This document shows positions 20,017-31,279 of a stretch of 64,000 bases of DNA, in pieces (the first letter of the stretch is position 1; the number at the start of each line of letters is the position of its first letter). A program made the position numbers and the translations under genes. The DNA lies in contig JBBQZP010000023.1 of NCBI GenBank assembly GCA_038207585.1, forward strand, positions 323-64,322. Reading direction: 5' to 3'. Under the pieces are notes generated by a model, which worked only from the letters and a program-made list of their open reading frames with translations, searched no databases and was not told the DNA's origin. The stretch is from Rhodobacterales bacterium (GTDB lineage: Bacteria > Pseudomonadota > Alphaproteobacteria > Rhodobacterales > Rhodobacteraceae).

Positions 20017-20570
20017 GTGACGAGAACTCCAATCCTGAAGATGGTGCCCGAAACAATCGAAACGGCCACGGGCGAGGTCAAGGCCGCACTGGAGGCCACC
20101 AAGGCGAAGCTGGGATTTGTGCCGAACATGTATGGCTACATTGGCAAGCTGTCCGGGGTTCTGATGGGATATCTGTCCGCCTATGACAGCTTTCGCAAGA
20201 CGGCGGGCTTTGAGCCTGCGGAACAGGAAGTGGTGTTCCTGACCATCAGCCGCACCAATGGCTGCACATATTGCATGCCGCCCATTCGATGATCGCCGAC
20301 AAGATGTCGGGCGTCGCCCCGGATGTGCTGCAAGCCCTTCGGGAGGGTCGGATTTTGCCCGATGGCAAGCTGCAATCACTTTCCGCCTTTGCTCAACTGA
20401 TGGTCGAAGCCCGCGGCAATCCGACCAAAGCGACACTCGATGCTTTCCTTGCAGCAGGATACGGCGAGCAACAGGTTCTGGGGATCATCCTTGCAATAAT
20501 GCGCATGGCCTTCTCGAACTATGTCAATCACTTGGCATGCACGCCGATTGATCCGGCCTTCGCCCCCTAA
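20017..20570 (+). pseudogene. carboxymuconolactone decarboxylase/AhpD-like gene, frameshifted inside the CxxC active-site motif
   Basis: Frame A ends …SRTNGCTYCMPPIR*. Frame B continues (L)HAAHSMIADKMSGV…NHLACTPIDPAF. Restoring one nucleotide after 20277 gives the canonical NGCxYCxAAHS motif. Alternatively this is a sequencing error. Confidence 0.7.
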
Positions 20571-20847
20571 AGCATGCATTGACGTATTTCCCGCAGGGCC
20601 TGTCCCGACGGATTGCACGACGCCCCGGCGCCAAGAAGCAAGCCACCGCCGCCAAGCAACGCTGGAACGGGCCGCGCCCTGATTCAAGGCAGGCGCGGCG
20701 AACCCCACCCCCTGCGCCGATACTGACGCCGTCCACCGCCGAGGCTTGCCCTTGGGTTCAGGTGATGATCACCCGTGCTTCACCATGACACTGAATGGCA
20801 CCCTTATTGTAATGTTTCAGACCATTTGAACGTGATATTCGCAGAGG

Positions 20848-23361
20848 ATGGACATCGTTCTGGTCACGGCGGTCATTGCATCTCTTTTTCTGGTCATCGG
20901 CGCGGCAGAGCCGCTCGCCGCACGTCTGCGCTTGCCTTACAGTGTGATCCTGGCGGTTCTGGGCATTCTGATCGGAGCAGGTGCCGCATTTTTCCTGCGC
21001 ACAAACCTGACAGATGCCCTTAATCCGGTGGCCGAGGCGATCCTTGGCTTGCCGATCCGGTCGAACGTTTTCATGTATGTTTTTCTGCCGACACTGCTGT
21101 TTCAGGCAACGCTGGGGATGAACCTGCGCCGGATGCTGGACGACTGGGTGCCCATTCTGGTTCTTGCGGTGGTTGCGGTGGTGGTGGCGACGCTGAGTGT
21201 CGGTTTGGCTTTGGCATGGGCCAGCGCCTTGCCTCTGGCCGCCTGCCTGCTGATCGGAGCGATCGTATCGACGACCGACCCGTCGGCGGTGGTTTCGATC
21301 TTCCGGTCGATTTCGGCCCCAAGACGGCTTGCCCGGATCATCGAGGGCGAAAGCCTGCTGAATGATGCCGCCGCCATTGCCCTGTTCGGCCTGTTCATGG
21401 GCTTCGTGATGCTGGGCACACCGGACCCGAAACTGGGCGAGGCGCTGGCCCGATTTCCGGTGTTGATCGGAGGCGGCGCAGTGACGGGATGGCTGGCTGC
21501 GCGCATTGCGGTCTGGATCATGGCGCTGTTCGGTCGCCATGAGCTTGCCCTGATATCGGTCTCGGTCGCGTTGCCCTACCTTGCCTACATCGGGGCGGAA
21601 CAGATGGTCGGGGCGTCGGGCGTGATCGCCGTCGTGGCCGCCGGTCTCACCCTTAACCTGACCGGGCCCGGGCGTTTGCCACCGCAGGCTTGGGCCAATT
21701 TGCGCGATGTCTGGAACCTGCTGGCACATTGGTCGGGTGCGCTGATTTTCATTCTTGCCGCCCTTCTGATCCCCCGGCTGCTTGAGGATGTCAGGTTCAG
21801 TGATTTCGCGCTGATCGCGGTGGTCATTCTTGCCGCAATCGGCGCGCGTGCGATTGTCCTTTACGGGTTGCTGCCGTTGCTGACGCTGCTGCGCATCTCG
21901 CCTGCGGTGGAACGTCCGTACCGGACCGCAATCCTGTGGGGCGGATTGCGCGGGGCCGTGACGCTTGCCCTTGCCCTTGCCGTTACCGAAAGCTTTCGCG
22001 TACCGGTCGAGGTCAAGCGTCTGGTCGGTATTCTGGCCACCGGATTCACATTGTTCACGCTGCTTGTTCAGGGCACGACACTTCGACCGGTCATCGGGTG
22101 GCTGGGCCTTGACCGACTGTCGCCCATAGACGAGGCGATGTCGCGCCAGGTCGTCGCGGTAGCACTTCAGACCGTGCGCGAGGATGTGGCCCACACAACC
22201 GACGCCTACAACCTGACCCACGACATCGTGCGGTCAGAGGCCAAGATTTTCGGCGAGCGGCTGGACGCGGCGATCACGGCCGCCGAGGACAGCGCCGAAA
22301 TCCTTGACCGCGACCGGGTCACGCTGGGTCTGATCGCGCTGGCGGGGTTCGAGCGCGACACTATCCTCGCACGGGTGCGGGAGCGGACGATCTCGGCCAG
22401 GATGGCGGACAAGATCCTCTCCGACGCGGACCAGTTGATCGAAGGGGCGCGCTCGGCCGGGCGCAGCGGGTATCAGCGTGCCGCCCGCCTGTCCGTTGCC
22501 TATGGGCGGGCGTTCCGGGCCGCAGTCGTGCTTCACAGCAGATTGCGCATATCTGCGCCTCTGGTGCGCATGACCGCCGACCGGTTCGAGCGACTGCTGT
22601 CGCAGCAACTGATCCTGCGGGATCTTGACACCTTCATTGACGGGCGCATCCGGCGGATTCACGGGCGGCGTGTCGCGGATCTTTTGCACGAGTTGCTGGC
22701 GCGGCGGATCGAATCTGTGGGAACCGCACTGGAGGGGCTGCGCCTGCAATACCCCGGCTACGCCGAAGAACTGGAGCGCCGGTTCATCCGCCGCACGGCC
22801 CTGCGACTGGAAGAGCGGGAATACACCGCCATCCGCGAGGATGGTTTGATCGGTGCCGAAGTCTACACGACCCTGATGCAGAACCTTTCGACCCGCCGCC
22901 GTTCGGTCGAAGCACGTCCGCGCCTTGATATTGCTGTGCAGCGGATCGACCTTGTCCGGCAGTTCCCGCTGTTTGCAGACCTCGACGATCTTGCGTTGAA
23001 GCAACTGGGGCGGGTGCTGAAGACGCTCTACGTCGATGCGGGCCGGGTCATCCTGAGCAAGGACAGCCAGGCGAAAAGCGTTTTCTTCATTGCGTCCGGG
23101 GCGGTCGAACTGGGAAGTGCGAACCAGACATGGCGTCTGGGCCGGGGCGAGATGTTTGGCCAGATGGCTATCCTGATGCGCAAGGCGCGCAGGGTAGAGG
23201 TTCAGGCCATCGCCCCCTCGACCCTTCTGGTGCTGGACGAAACGCGGTTCCGATCCCTTTTGGGGCGCAGTTCGGCGCTGCGCGACGCGGTTCGGACCAG
23301 CGCAGAGAAACGGGGCATAGATTCCCGAACGCTGGTGATCGACGGCACGCGCGATGCTTGA
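20848..23361 (+). CDS. CPA1-family Na+(K+)/H+ exchanger fused to a long cytoplasmic region ending in a cyclic-nucleotide-binding domain
   Basis: N-terminal ~400 aa are NhaP-type (…GAIVSTTDPSAVVSIF…IIEGESLLNDAAAIALF). The C-terminal ~120 aa are cNMP-type (FPLFADLDDLALKQL…FFIASGAVEL…GRGEMFGQMAIL…RRVEVQAIAPSTLLVL). Confidence 0.85.
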   Translation: MDIVLVTAVIASLFLVIGAAEPLAARLRLPYSVILAVLGILIGAGAAFFLRTNLTDALNPVAEAILGLPIRSNVFMYVFLPTLLFQATLGMNLRRMLDDWVPILVLAVVAVVVATLSVGLALAWASALPLAACLLIGAIVSTTDPSAVVSIFRSISAPRRLARIIEGESLLNDAAAIALFGLFMGFVMLGTPDPKLGEALARFPVLIGGGAVTGWLAARIAVWIMALFGRHELALISVSVALPYLAYIGAEQMVGASGVIAVVAAGLTLNLTGPGRLPPQAWANLRDVWNLLAHWSGALIFILAALLIPRLLEDVRFSDFALIAVVILAAIGARAIVLYGLLPLLTLLRISPAVERPYRTAILWGGLRGAVTLALALAVTESFRVPVEVKRLVGILATGFTLFTLLVQGTTLRPVIGWLGLDRLSPIDEAMSRQVVAVALQTVREDVAHTTDAYNLTHDIVRSEAKIFGERLDAAITAAEDSAEILDRDRVTLGLIALAGFERDTILARVRERTISARMADKILSDADQLIEGARSAGRSGYQRAARLSVAYGRAFRAAVVLHSRLRISAPLVRMTADRFERLLSQQLILRDLDTFIDGRIRRIHGRRVADLLHELLARRIESVGTALEGLRLQYPGYAEELERRFIRRTALRLEEREYTAIREDGLIGAEVYTTLMQNLSTRRRSVEARPRLDIAVQRIDLVRQFPLFADLDDLALKQLGRVLKTLYVDAGRVILSKDSQAKSVFFIASGAVELGSANQTWRLGRGEMFGQMAILMRKARRVEVQAIAPSTLLVLDETRFRSLLGRSSALRDAVRTSAEKRGIDSRTLVIDGTRDA

Positions 23362-23541
23362 CGGTGAATATCCGCTATTTGTTGGGGAATTTTACTTTTC
23401 CGTCTGACCGGGTTTTCAGCCCTTCTTTATTGAACACAGCGGCGACGCTTGCACGCTCGGTCGTCAGTGCAAGGGCGCATGGCATCATTCGGTTTCATTG
23501 CAGGCCGTCGCCACAAGTTTCCCTCAGGTTTGCGCCCGGTG

Positions 23542-23973
23542 TCATGGGGTGTTCACAATATGATGGTCATCGGCGCACAGCATGTGATTGCTCAGCACCT
23601 CGATCACCCGGCAGTCCGAAATCTTCCCGCAGGCGCATTGGTCAAGCATCCGCTCCAGCTCTGCCTCCAGCGCACGCAGGCGGGTGATGCGGGCACGGGT
23701 GGCGGCAAGCTGGGCATTGGCGATCATATCGACGGCGGCGCAAGACTGATCCGGCCGGTCCGACAGGCTCAGCAGATCGCGAATGGCTTCAAGCGGAAAA
23801 CCCAACTCCCGCGCGTGTCGGATGAAAGCAAGCCGGTCGAGGGCGGCCTTGGGATATAATCGCTGGTTACCAGCACTACGATCCGGGTGCGGCAGCAGGC
23901 CGATCTGTTCGTAATATCGGATGGTCGGCACCTTGACCCCCGCCGATGCGCCAAGTTTTCCGATGGTCAGCAT
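23542..23973 (-). CDS. MerR-family heavy-metal-responsive regulator (ZntR/CadR/PbrR-like)
   Basis: Start trimmed to the ATG at 23973 (MLTIGKLGASAGVKVPTIRYYEQIGLL HTH). Cys at …DQSCAAV… and a C-terminal CACGKISDC metal-site pattern. Divergent from a P1B ATPase gene. Confidence 0.85.
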   Translation of the reverse strand: MLTIGKLGASAGVKVPTIRYYEQIGLLPHPDRSAGNQRLYPKAALDRLAFIRHARELGFPLEAIRDLLSLSDRPDQSCAAVDMIANAQLAATRARITRLRALEAELERMLDQCACGKISDCRVIEVLSNHMLCADDHHIVNTP

Positions 23974-23983
23974 GAGAAGCCTC

Positions 23984-24014
23984 TTGAAGCTATAGTCACT
24001 AGAGACATTAAGGT
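23984..24014 (+). promoter_or_regulatory. MerR-type promoter/operator: -35 TTGAAG, 19-bp spacer containing a dyad, -10 TAAGGT
   Basis: TTGAAG(23984-23989)-CTATAGTCACTAGAGACAT-TAAGGT(24009-24014). The spacer is exactly 19 nt. CTATAGTCACTAGAG is self-complementary at 12 of 14 paired positions around a central C. It lies 44 nt upstream of the ATPase ATG. Confidence 0.65.
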
Positions 24015-24057
24015 ATCGAATCAATCCGGTCCAGACCCGGCAGAAAATGAGGCAAGC

Positions 24058-26337
<2,280 letters not shown>

Positions 26338-26502
26338 TCAGGGCCGGGTTGAATGCGAACTGGCGGGCTGGGCACGGCGGGCGCAAACCGACGCAAATTG
26401 GTCAGCCCGGATGGCTCGATAGGCGCTGATCCGACTCCGGAGCAGGTTGGGCCCTTGGCCGGGTGCAGTACCCATACCTCTGGCGCTTACTACATCGTGA
26501 CT

Positions 26503-26529
26503 CCGCCGGTGAACGGCGGTAGCATTTTC
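26503..26529 (+). terminator. weak candidate terminator downstream of the ATPase gene
   Basis: CCGCCG-GTGAA-CGGCGG followed by TAGCATTTTC. Only a 6-bp stem and an interrupted T-tract, ~165 nt after the stop codon. Confidence 0.3.
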
Positions 26530-26621
26530 ACTACAGGTTGCAGCAACCAGTGGTGATCCACCACGCAGATGCTGCGGCCGATACAGCCGACCATTCGGCC
26601 AATACGTCAAAGGAATGCGCC

Positions 26622-27647
26622 ATGGATGCCCTTGTGATCGAGAAAATGGGATGCAATTCCCTGCATGGCGTGCCCGAACCCATACCCGGGCCAGGACAGG
26701 TTTTGCTGGACATCCGCCACATCGGTTTGTGTGGATCGGACCTTGCAACCTTCACCGGGCAGAACCCGCTGATCAGCTTTCCGCGCATTCCGGGGCACGA
26801 AATTGGCGCGGTGATCCTGACAGTCGGGCCTGATGTTCCGGCCCGTTTCGCACCGGGCTGCCGCGTCATCGTAACGCCCTATACCGCCTGCGGCACCTGT
26901 TCCTCCTGCCGCAAAGGCAAGACCAACGCCTGCCGGTTCAACCGCACGCTGGGGGTACAGCAGGATGGTGGACTTTGCGAACGCATCGTCATCGGCCATG
27001 AAAAGCTGATCCTGAACAACACCCTCGCCCCCCATCATCTGGCCCTGGTCGAGCCCTTGTCGGTTGGCTTTCACGCCGTCGCCCGCGGCCGCATCACCGC
27101 CGCCGACCGCGTTGTGGTGCTGGGCTGCGGCATGATCGGCATGGGCGCCATCGCCGGTTCGGTAACGCTCGGGGCCGAGGTGATTGCTGTCGATTTTGGC
27201 ACCAAGGCACAATTCGCCCTTGGGTTTGGCGCCCGCCACGCCATCGACGCCGCGACCGAGGATGTGCTTTCCCGGATCAACGCCCTGACAGATGGTGAAG
27301 GTGCAGATGTCGTAATCGAGGCGGTGGGTCTGCCCGAAACCTTTACCCGCGCCATTGATGCCGCCGGCTATGGCGGAAGGGTCGTCTATGTTGGTTACTC
27401 GAAAATGCCCGTGACTTATGACACAAAATTTTTCAACCTCAAGGAACTCGATATCATGGGGTCCCGCAACGCCCTGCCCGAGGATTTTGCCGCCGTTGTG
27501 CGCTATCTGGAAAGCCGTGGTCTCGCCAACGACAGCCTGATCAGCCGGATCATCCCCTTTACCGAGGCTGCCACTGCCCTGCCCTATTGGGTGGAAAACC
27601 GGGCCAACACGCTCAAGATCATCATCGAACGCCAGCCCCGGGATTGA
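26622..27647 (+). CDS. zinc-dependent medium-chain alcohol/polyol dehydrogenase
   Basis: Start trimmed to the ATG at 26622. CGSD…GHE catalytic zinc motif, structural zinc CGTCSSCRKGKTNAC, Rossmann VLGCGMIGMG. Confidence 0.85.
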   Translation: MDALVIEKMGCNSLHGVPEPIPGPGQVLLDIRHIGLCGSDLATFTGQNPLISFPRIPGHEIGAVILTVGPDVPARFAPGCRVIVTPYTACGTCSSCRKGKTNACRFNRTLGVQQDGGLCERIVIGHEKLILNNTLAPHHLALVEPLSVGFHAVARGRITAADRVVVLGCGMIGMGAIAGSVTLGAEVIAVDFGTKAQFALGFGARHAIDAATEDVLSRINALTDGEGADVVIEAVGLPETFTRAIDAAGYGGRVVYVGYSKMPVTYDTKFFNLKELDIMGSRNALPEDFAAVVRYLESRGLANDSLISRIIPFTEAATALPYWVENRANTLKIIIERQPRD

Positions 27648-27649
27648 CT

Positions 27650-29113
27650 ATGAACCTTGCCCGGATATCGGCCAGGCAGTTGAATGGGCGCACCCGGCCA
27701 AAGGCGCGGATTCTGCAATTCGGCGGCGGCAACTTTCTACGCGGCTTTCTGGATTGGAAGATCGACCACCTGAATGAGGCCACCGGTAGCGATTGGGGTA
27801 TCATCATCCTACGGTCCATCGGGTCAACTCATGGGTCGGCCCTGAATGCGCAGGACGGGCTTTACACCGTTGTCTCACGCGGGCTCGACGGCCAAGGGCA
27901 GGTGCGGTCCGAAGCCCGCATCGTGGCCTCGGTTCTGGGCGAGTTGTCGTGTGCTGTCGAGTGGGATCAGGTGCTGGCCCTGTCGCGTGATCCAGCGGTA
28001 CAGATCGTCGCATCAAACACCACTGAGGCGGGGATTGTCTATGAACCCGGCACGGTTCCCCAGGATGCGCCGCCCGTAAGTTTTCCCGCCAAGGTCACGC
28101 GGCTTTTGCTGGAACGGTGGCGCGCGCTCGGTCACCTGCGCGGTCAGGGATGGCAGTTTCTGCCCTGCGAACTGACCGACAATGCCGGCGATACGCTGCG
28201 CAGCATTGTCCTGCGCCACGCTACCGAATGGGAGGTAGAAGCAGGCTTTGCCGAATGGGTGGCCGACGAGAATGTGTTCTACAACACCCTGGTTGACCGC
28301 ATCGTCACTGGCCACCCCGGCCAAGACGCCGCGGCAATCGAGGACAAACTGGGCTACCACGACCCCTGCCTGACGATGGCCGAACTGTATCACCTGCTGG
28401 TCATCGAAGCGCCGAAAGGTCGCCCGCGCCCCAAACTGCGGCTGGCCGACCATGACGTCGGAACAATTGAGGTGCACGATGCTGCCCCTTACCGTCTGCG
28501 CAAAGTGGCAATCCTGAATGGTGCGCACACCGCCCTGTGCCCGTTGGCCCTGCTGTCCGGTGTGGTGACGGTGGGCGAGGCGATGCGCGACCCCGACCTG
28601 TCAGCCTTGCTGCGGCAGGTTCTGGACCGCGAGATCAAACCCTTCGTCCCGCTGCCCCCCGCCGATCTGGATGGATTTGCGGATGATGTGCTGCGCCGCT
28701 TTGCCAACCCCTACCTGCAGCACCGCTGGTATGACATCAGCCTGAACGGCCTGTCGAAATTCCGCGACCGCAATCTGGACCGGATGTTGGCCTATACTGA
28801 GCGCGCAGGAACGCCGCCGCCGATATTGTCGCTGTCGCTGGCCGCTTGGCTGGCGTTTTACGTCGGGCGGCATGGCGGCGCGGACCAGTTGCCACCGCGC
28901 GACGGTCCAGAAACGCTGGCCCTGGTGGCAGCTTTGCCAATGGATGCGCCCGCCGTAACCCTGATCGGGACCTTTCTCTCCGAGACCGCATTTTGGCACA
29001 GATCGGTGGCATTGCCAGCCTTGGTGTCCGCCGTGGCACGCGACTTTGCCTTTCTGACCCAAGCCAAAGTCACACCAACCACCCTGACGGCCCGGATTGC
29101 GGCCACGACCTGA
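27650..29113 (+). CDS. uxaB: tagaturonate/altronate oxidoreductase-like (long-chain mannitol dehydrogenase family)
   Basis: The ATG at 27650 is 2 nt after the upstream TGA. ILQFGGGNFLRGFLDWKIDHLNE…QDGLYTVVSRG…ASNTTEAGIVYEPG closely follows the UxaB N-terminal pattern. Confidence 0.75.
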   Translation: MNLARISARQLNGRTRPKARILQFGGGNFLRGFLDWKIDHLNEATGSDWGIIILRSIGSTHGSALNAQDGLYTVVSRGLDGQGQVRSEARIVASVLGELSCAVEWDQVLALSRDPAVQIVASNTTEAGIVYEPGTVPQDAPPVSFPAKVTRLLLERWRALGHLRGQGWQFLPCELTDNAGDTLRSIVLRHATEWEVEAGFAEWVADENVFYNTLVDRIVTGHPGQDAAAIEDKLGYHDPCLTMAELYHLLVIEAPKGRPRPKLRLADHDVGTIEVHDAAPYRLRKVAILNGAHTALCPLALLSGVVTVGEAMRDPDLSALLRQVLDREIKPFVPLPPADLDGFADDVLRRFANPYLQHRWYDISLNGLSKFRDRNLDRMLAYTERAGTPPPILSLSLAAWLAFYVGRHGGADQLPPRDGPETLALVAALPMDAPAVTLIGTFLSETAFWHRSVALPALVSAVARDFAFLTQAKVTPTTLTARIAATT

Positions 29114-29120
29114 CGAGGGT

Positions 29121-30095
29121 TCACCCCTCATACCATACCTTGCGCGGGTCGTCGGCGCTGCGCTGGTAGGTCCATGCGGCCTCGACCAACCTGGCCAGAT
29201 CATAGGTGGGCCGCCAGCCAAGGTCGAACTTGGCACGGGCGTTGCTTAGCCAGTTGCTGACAAATTCGCTGCGGATGCGGACCGAGGGCAAGCTGCGGGT
29301 CCGCAGCAGCAAGGCGGCCAGTTCACCATAATCCACAGGCTCATCCATGCTGATGTTGTACAGCTTTTGCCGTGCGTTTGCGGCGGTCAGGGCCAGAAGG
29401 ATGGCCGATACCAGATCATCGACATGGACAAAATTGCGCTTGATCGGTCTGCCCTCGGCATCGGTCAACAGCGGTACTGCCCCCTGTCGCAGCGCCTGCG
29501 CTGCCACCTCGGGGGGGACCATGGTTTTCCAGTCCGGCCCCCCGAAAAGGTCATCGCCGAATGACAGTGTGTGACGGAAATCGTCCTTCTCCATGATCCA
29601 GGGCGCACGCAGACAGCACCAGTCCAGCCCGTATTGCACCCCGAATTGCTGCACCATCACCTCTTCCAGCACCTTGGACAGCGCATAGCAGCCCGGATAG
29701 GCCATATGCGGCGCGGCTTCGGTGATGGGGGCTGTGTGCTGATGCACAAAATGGCCAATCCCGGCGTCGCCGCCGATCAGGATGAACCGCTGGGCATCCG
29801 GGCTTTGCCGGAACTCTTCCAACAGCCAGAACAGTCCCTTGACCGCCACATCCATCGCGTCATCCAGGGTTTCCTTGACTGTGGCCAGATGAACGACATG
29901 CGTCGCCCCCTCCACAGCAGCCCGACACACCGCGCGGTCAGACAGCGATCCGCGCAAGACCCGCAAACTGGCTGTCTCGGGCAACATGCGGTTGTGGCAC
30001 AGCGCCGTGATCCCCGCCTCTGGCATTAACCGTGCCAAAGCGTCAATCAGGACCCGGCCCACCTTGCCCGTCGCACCCGTTACCAGAATCTGCAT
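29121..30095 (-). CDS. NAD-dependent epimerase/dehydratase family protein
   Basis: Start trimmed to the ATG at 30095, after an AGGGGA RBS. MQILVTGATGKVG Rossmann motif and YALSK catalytic Y-x3-K. Confidence 0.8.
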   Translation of the reverse strand: MQILVTGATGKVGRVLIDALARLMPEAGITALCHNRMLPETASLRVLRGSLSDRAVCRAAVEGATHVVHLATVKETLDDAMDVAVKGLFWLLEEFRQSPDAQRFILIGGDAGIGHFVHQHTAPITEAAPHMAYPGCYALSKVLEEVMVQQFGVQYGLDWCCLRAPWIMEKDDFRHTLSFGDDLFGGPDWKTMVPPEVAAQALRQGAVPLLTDAEGRPIKRNFVHVDDLVSAILLALTAANARQKLYNISMDEPVDYGELAALLLRTRSLPSVRIRSEFVSNWLSNARAKFDLGWRPTYDLARLVEAAWTYQRSADDPRKVWYEG

Positions 30096-30118
30096 CGTTT
30101 CCCCTTTGCAAACCGCCC

Positions 30119-31147
30119 CTAATCCACCAATTCCGGCCCAACAGATTGCCGCTCTACCACAGGACATTCGACCTTCAACTGCTCGGGCCTCGCCGACATG
30201 CGGTTGGCCCGGTCGATCAGGATTTCGGTCGCAGTGGCGCCCATGTCATAATGCGGCAGGATCATCGTGGTCAGCGGCGGTCTGGTGTATTGCGCGATCT
30301 CGCGGTCATCAAAACCGATCACCGCCACGTCCCCCGGGATCGACAGGCCCAGTTCGCGAAGCGCCTCCAGACAGCCAACCGCCATCAGGTCATTGGCGCA
30401 AAAAATCGCCGTAGGTGGTGCTGCCTGCGCCATCAAAACCTTGGTCCCGGAAAATCCCGAATCGGGTTGCCAGTTGCCTGGGTAAACCAGCTTGGGGTCA
30501 AAGCCGATGTCCCTGCTGGCCAGCGCCTGCCGATATCCACGCAAACGCTCGCTCGCCCCCTCAACCCCGGTCTGCCCGGTGATCAACCCGATGCGTCGAT
30601 GCCCCGCCCGCAGCAACCGTTCGGTCGCGGTGCGCCCGCCCAGCAGATCGGCTGGCAGAACCGAGGGCAGACGCCGTTCTTCGTCATAGCAATTCAACAA
30701 CACCGACGGGTGATCGAACAGGGTTTGCGCCGGGGTGACGCGCCGCGTCAGAACCGTGCCATAGATCAACCCCAGCAAGGGTTGCTGGCGCATCATGCCC
30801 AGCACATGGTCTTCCATCCCTCGGTCGCCCCGCGTCACTCCCAGATGAACCGTCAGCCCAAATTCCCACGCTTTTTCGCGCACCCCGTCAAAGGCCAGCG
30901 CCATCCACGGGTCTGTCGACAACTCGTCCACCACTAGGCCAATGGCCGTCTTGTCGGTTGTGGCCTGCCGTGGCACGCGCCTGATCAGTTCATAGCCAAG
31001 CTCCCGGGCAGCCGCGAGCACCCGCTTGCGCGTCGCGTCCGATAGCCGCACGCCCTGACTGTCGTTCATCACCAACGACACCGTGGCCTGCGACACACCA
31101 GCCTTGGCGGCCACATCCATCATCGTCGCCTTTGGTCCTGTCGTCAC
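30119..31147 (-). CDS. LacI-family transcriptional regulator
   Basis: KATMMDVAAKAGVSQATVSLVMN HTH plus a periplasmic-binding-fold effector domain. The start is ambiguous: GTG at 31147 after AGGGAG, or ATG at 31177. Confidence 0.8.
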   Translation of the reverse strand: MTTGPKATMMDVAAKAGVSQATVSLVMNDSQGVRLSDATRKRVLAAARELGYELIRRVPRQATTDKTAIGLVVDELSTDPWMALAFDGVREKAWEFGLTVHLGVTRGDRGMEDHVLGMMRQQPLLGLIYGTVLTRRVTPAQTLFDHPSVLLNCYDEERRLPSVLPADLLGGRTATERLLRAGHRRIGLITGQTGVEGASERLRGYRQALASRDIGFDPKLVYPGNWQPDSGFSGTKVLMAQAAPPTAIFCANDLMAVGCLEALRELGLSIPGDVAVIGFDDREIAQYTRPPLTTMILPHYDMGATATEILIDRANRMSARPEQLKVECPVVERQSVGPELVD

Positions 31148-31279
31148 TTGTCCATGCTCCCTGAAGTCGCGACCCATGATAATGAGTTGACTAATATTAG
31201 CAACTATGTGAACTTTTATCAGCGGGCATAAGGGCCAGGACCAATTAAGCTCGCGCTACATATGTCTGGGAGGACAGAA

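Noticed and set aside
20758-22221. 487-aa minus-strand ORF antisense to the antiporter gene
   Set aside because: Extremely Arg/Gln/His/Asp-rich with no domain pattern. The sense strand encodes a clear CPA1 transporter.
31191-31200. 10-bp palindrome CTAATATTAG between the LacI gene and the SBP gene
   Set aside because: A short AT-only palindrome with no matching flanks and no resemblance to the usual LacI-family CG-centred operators. It could be chance in an AT-rich promoter.
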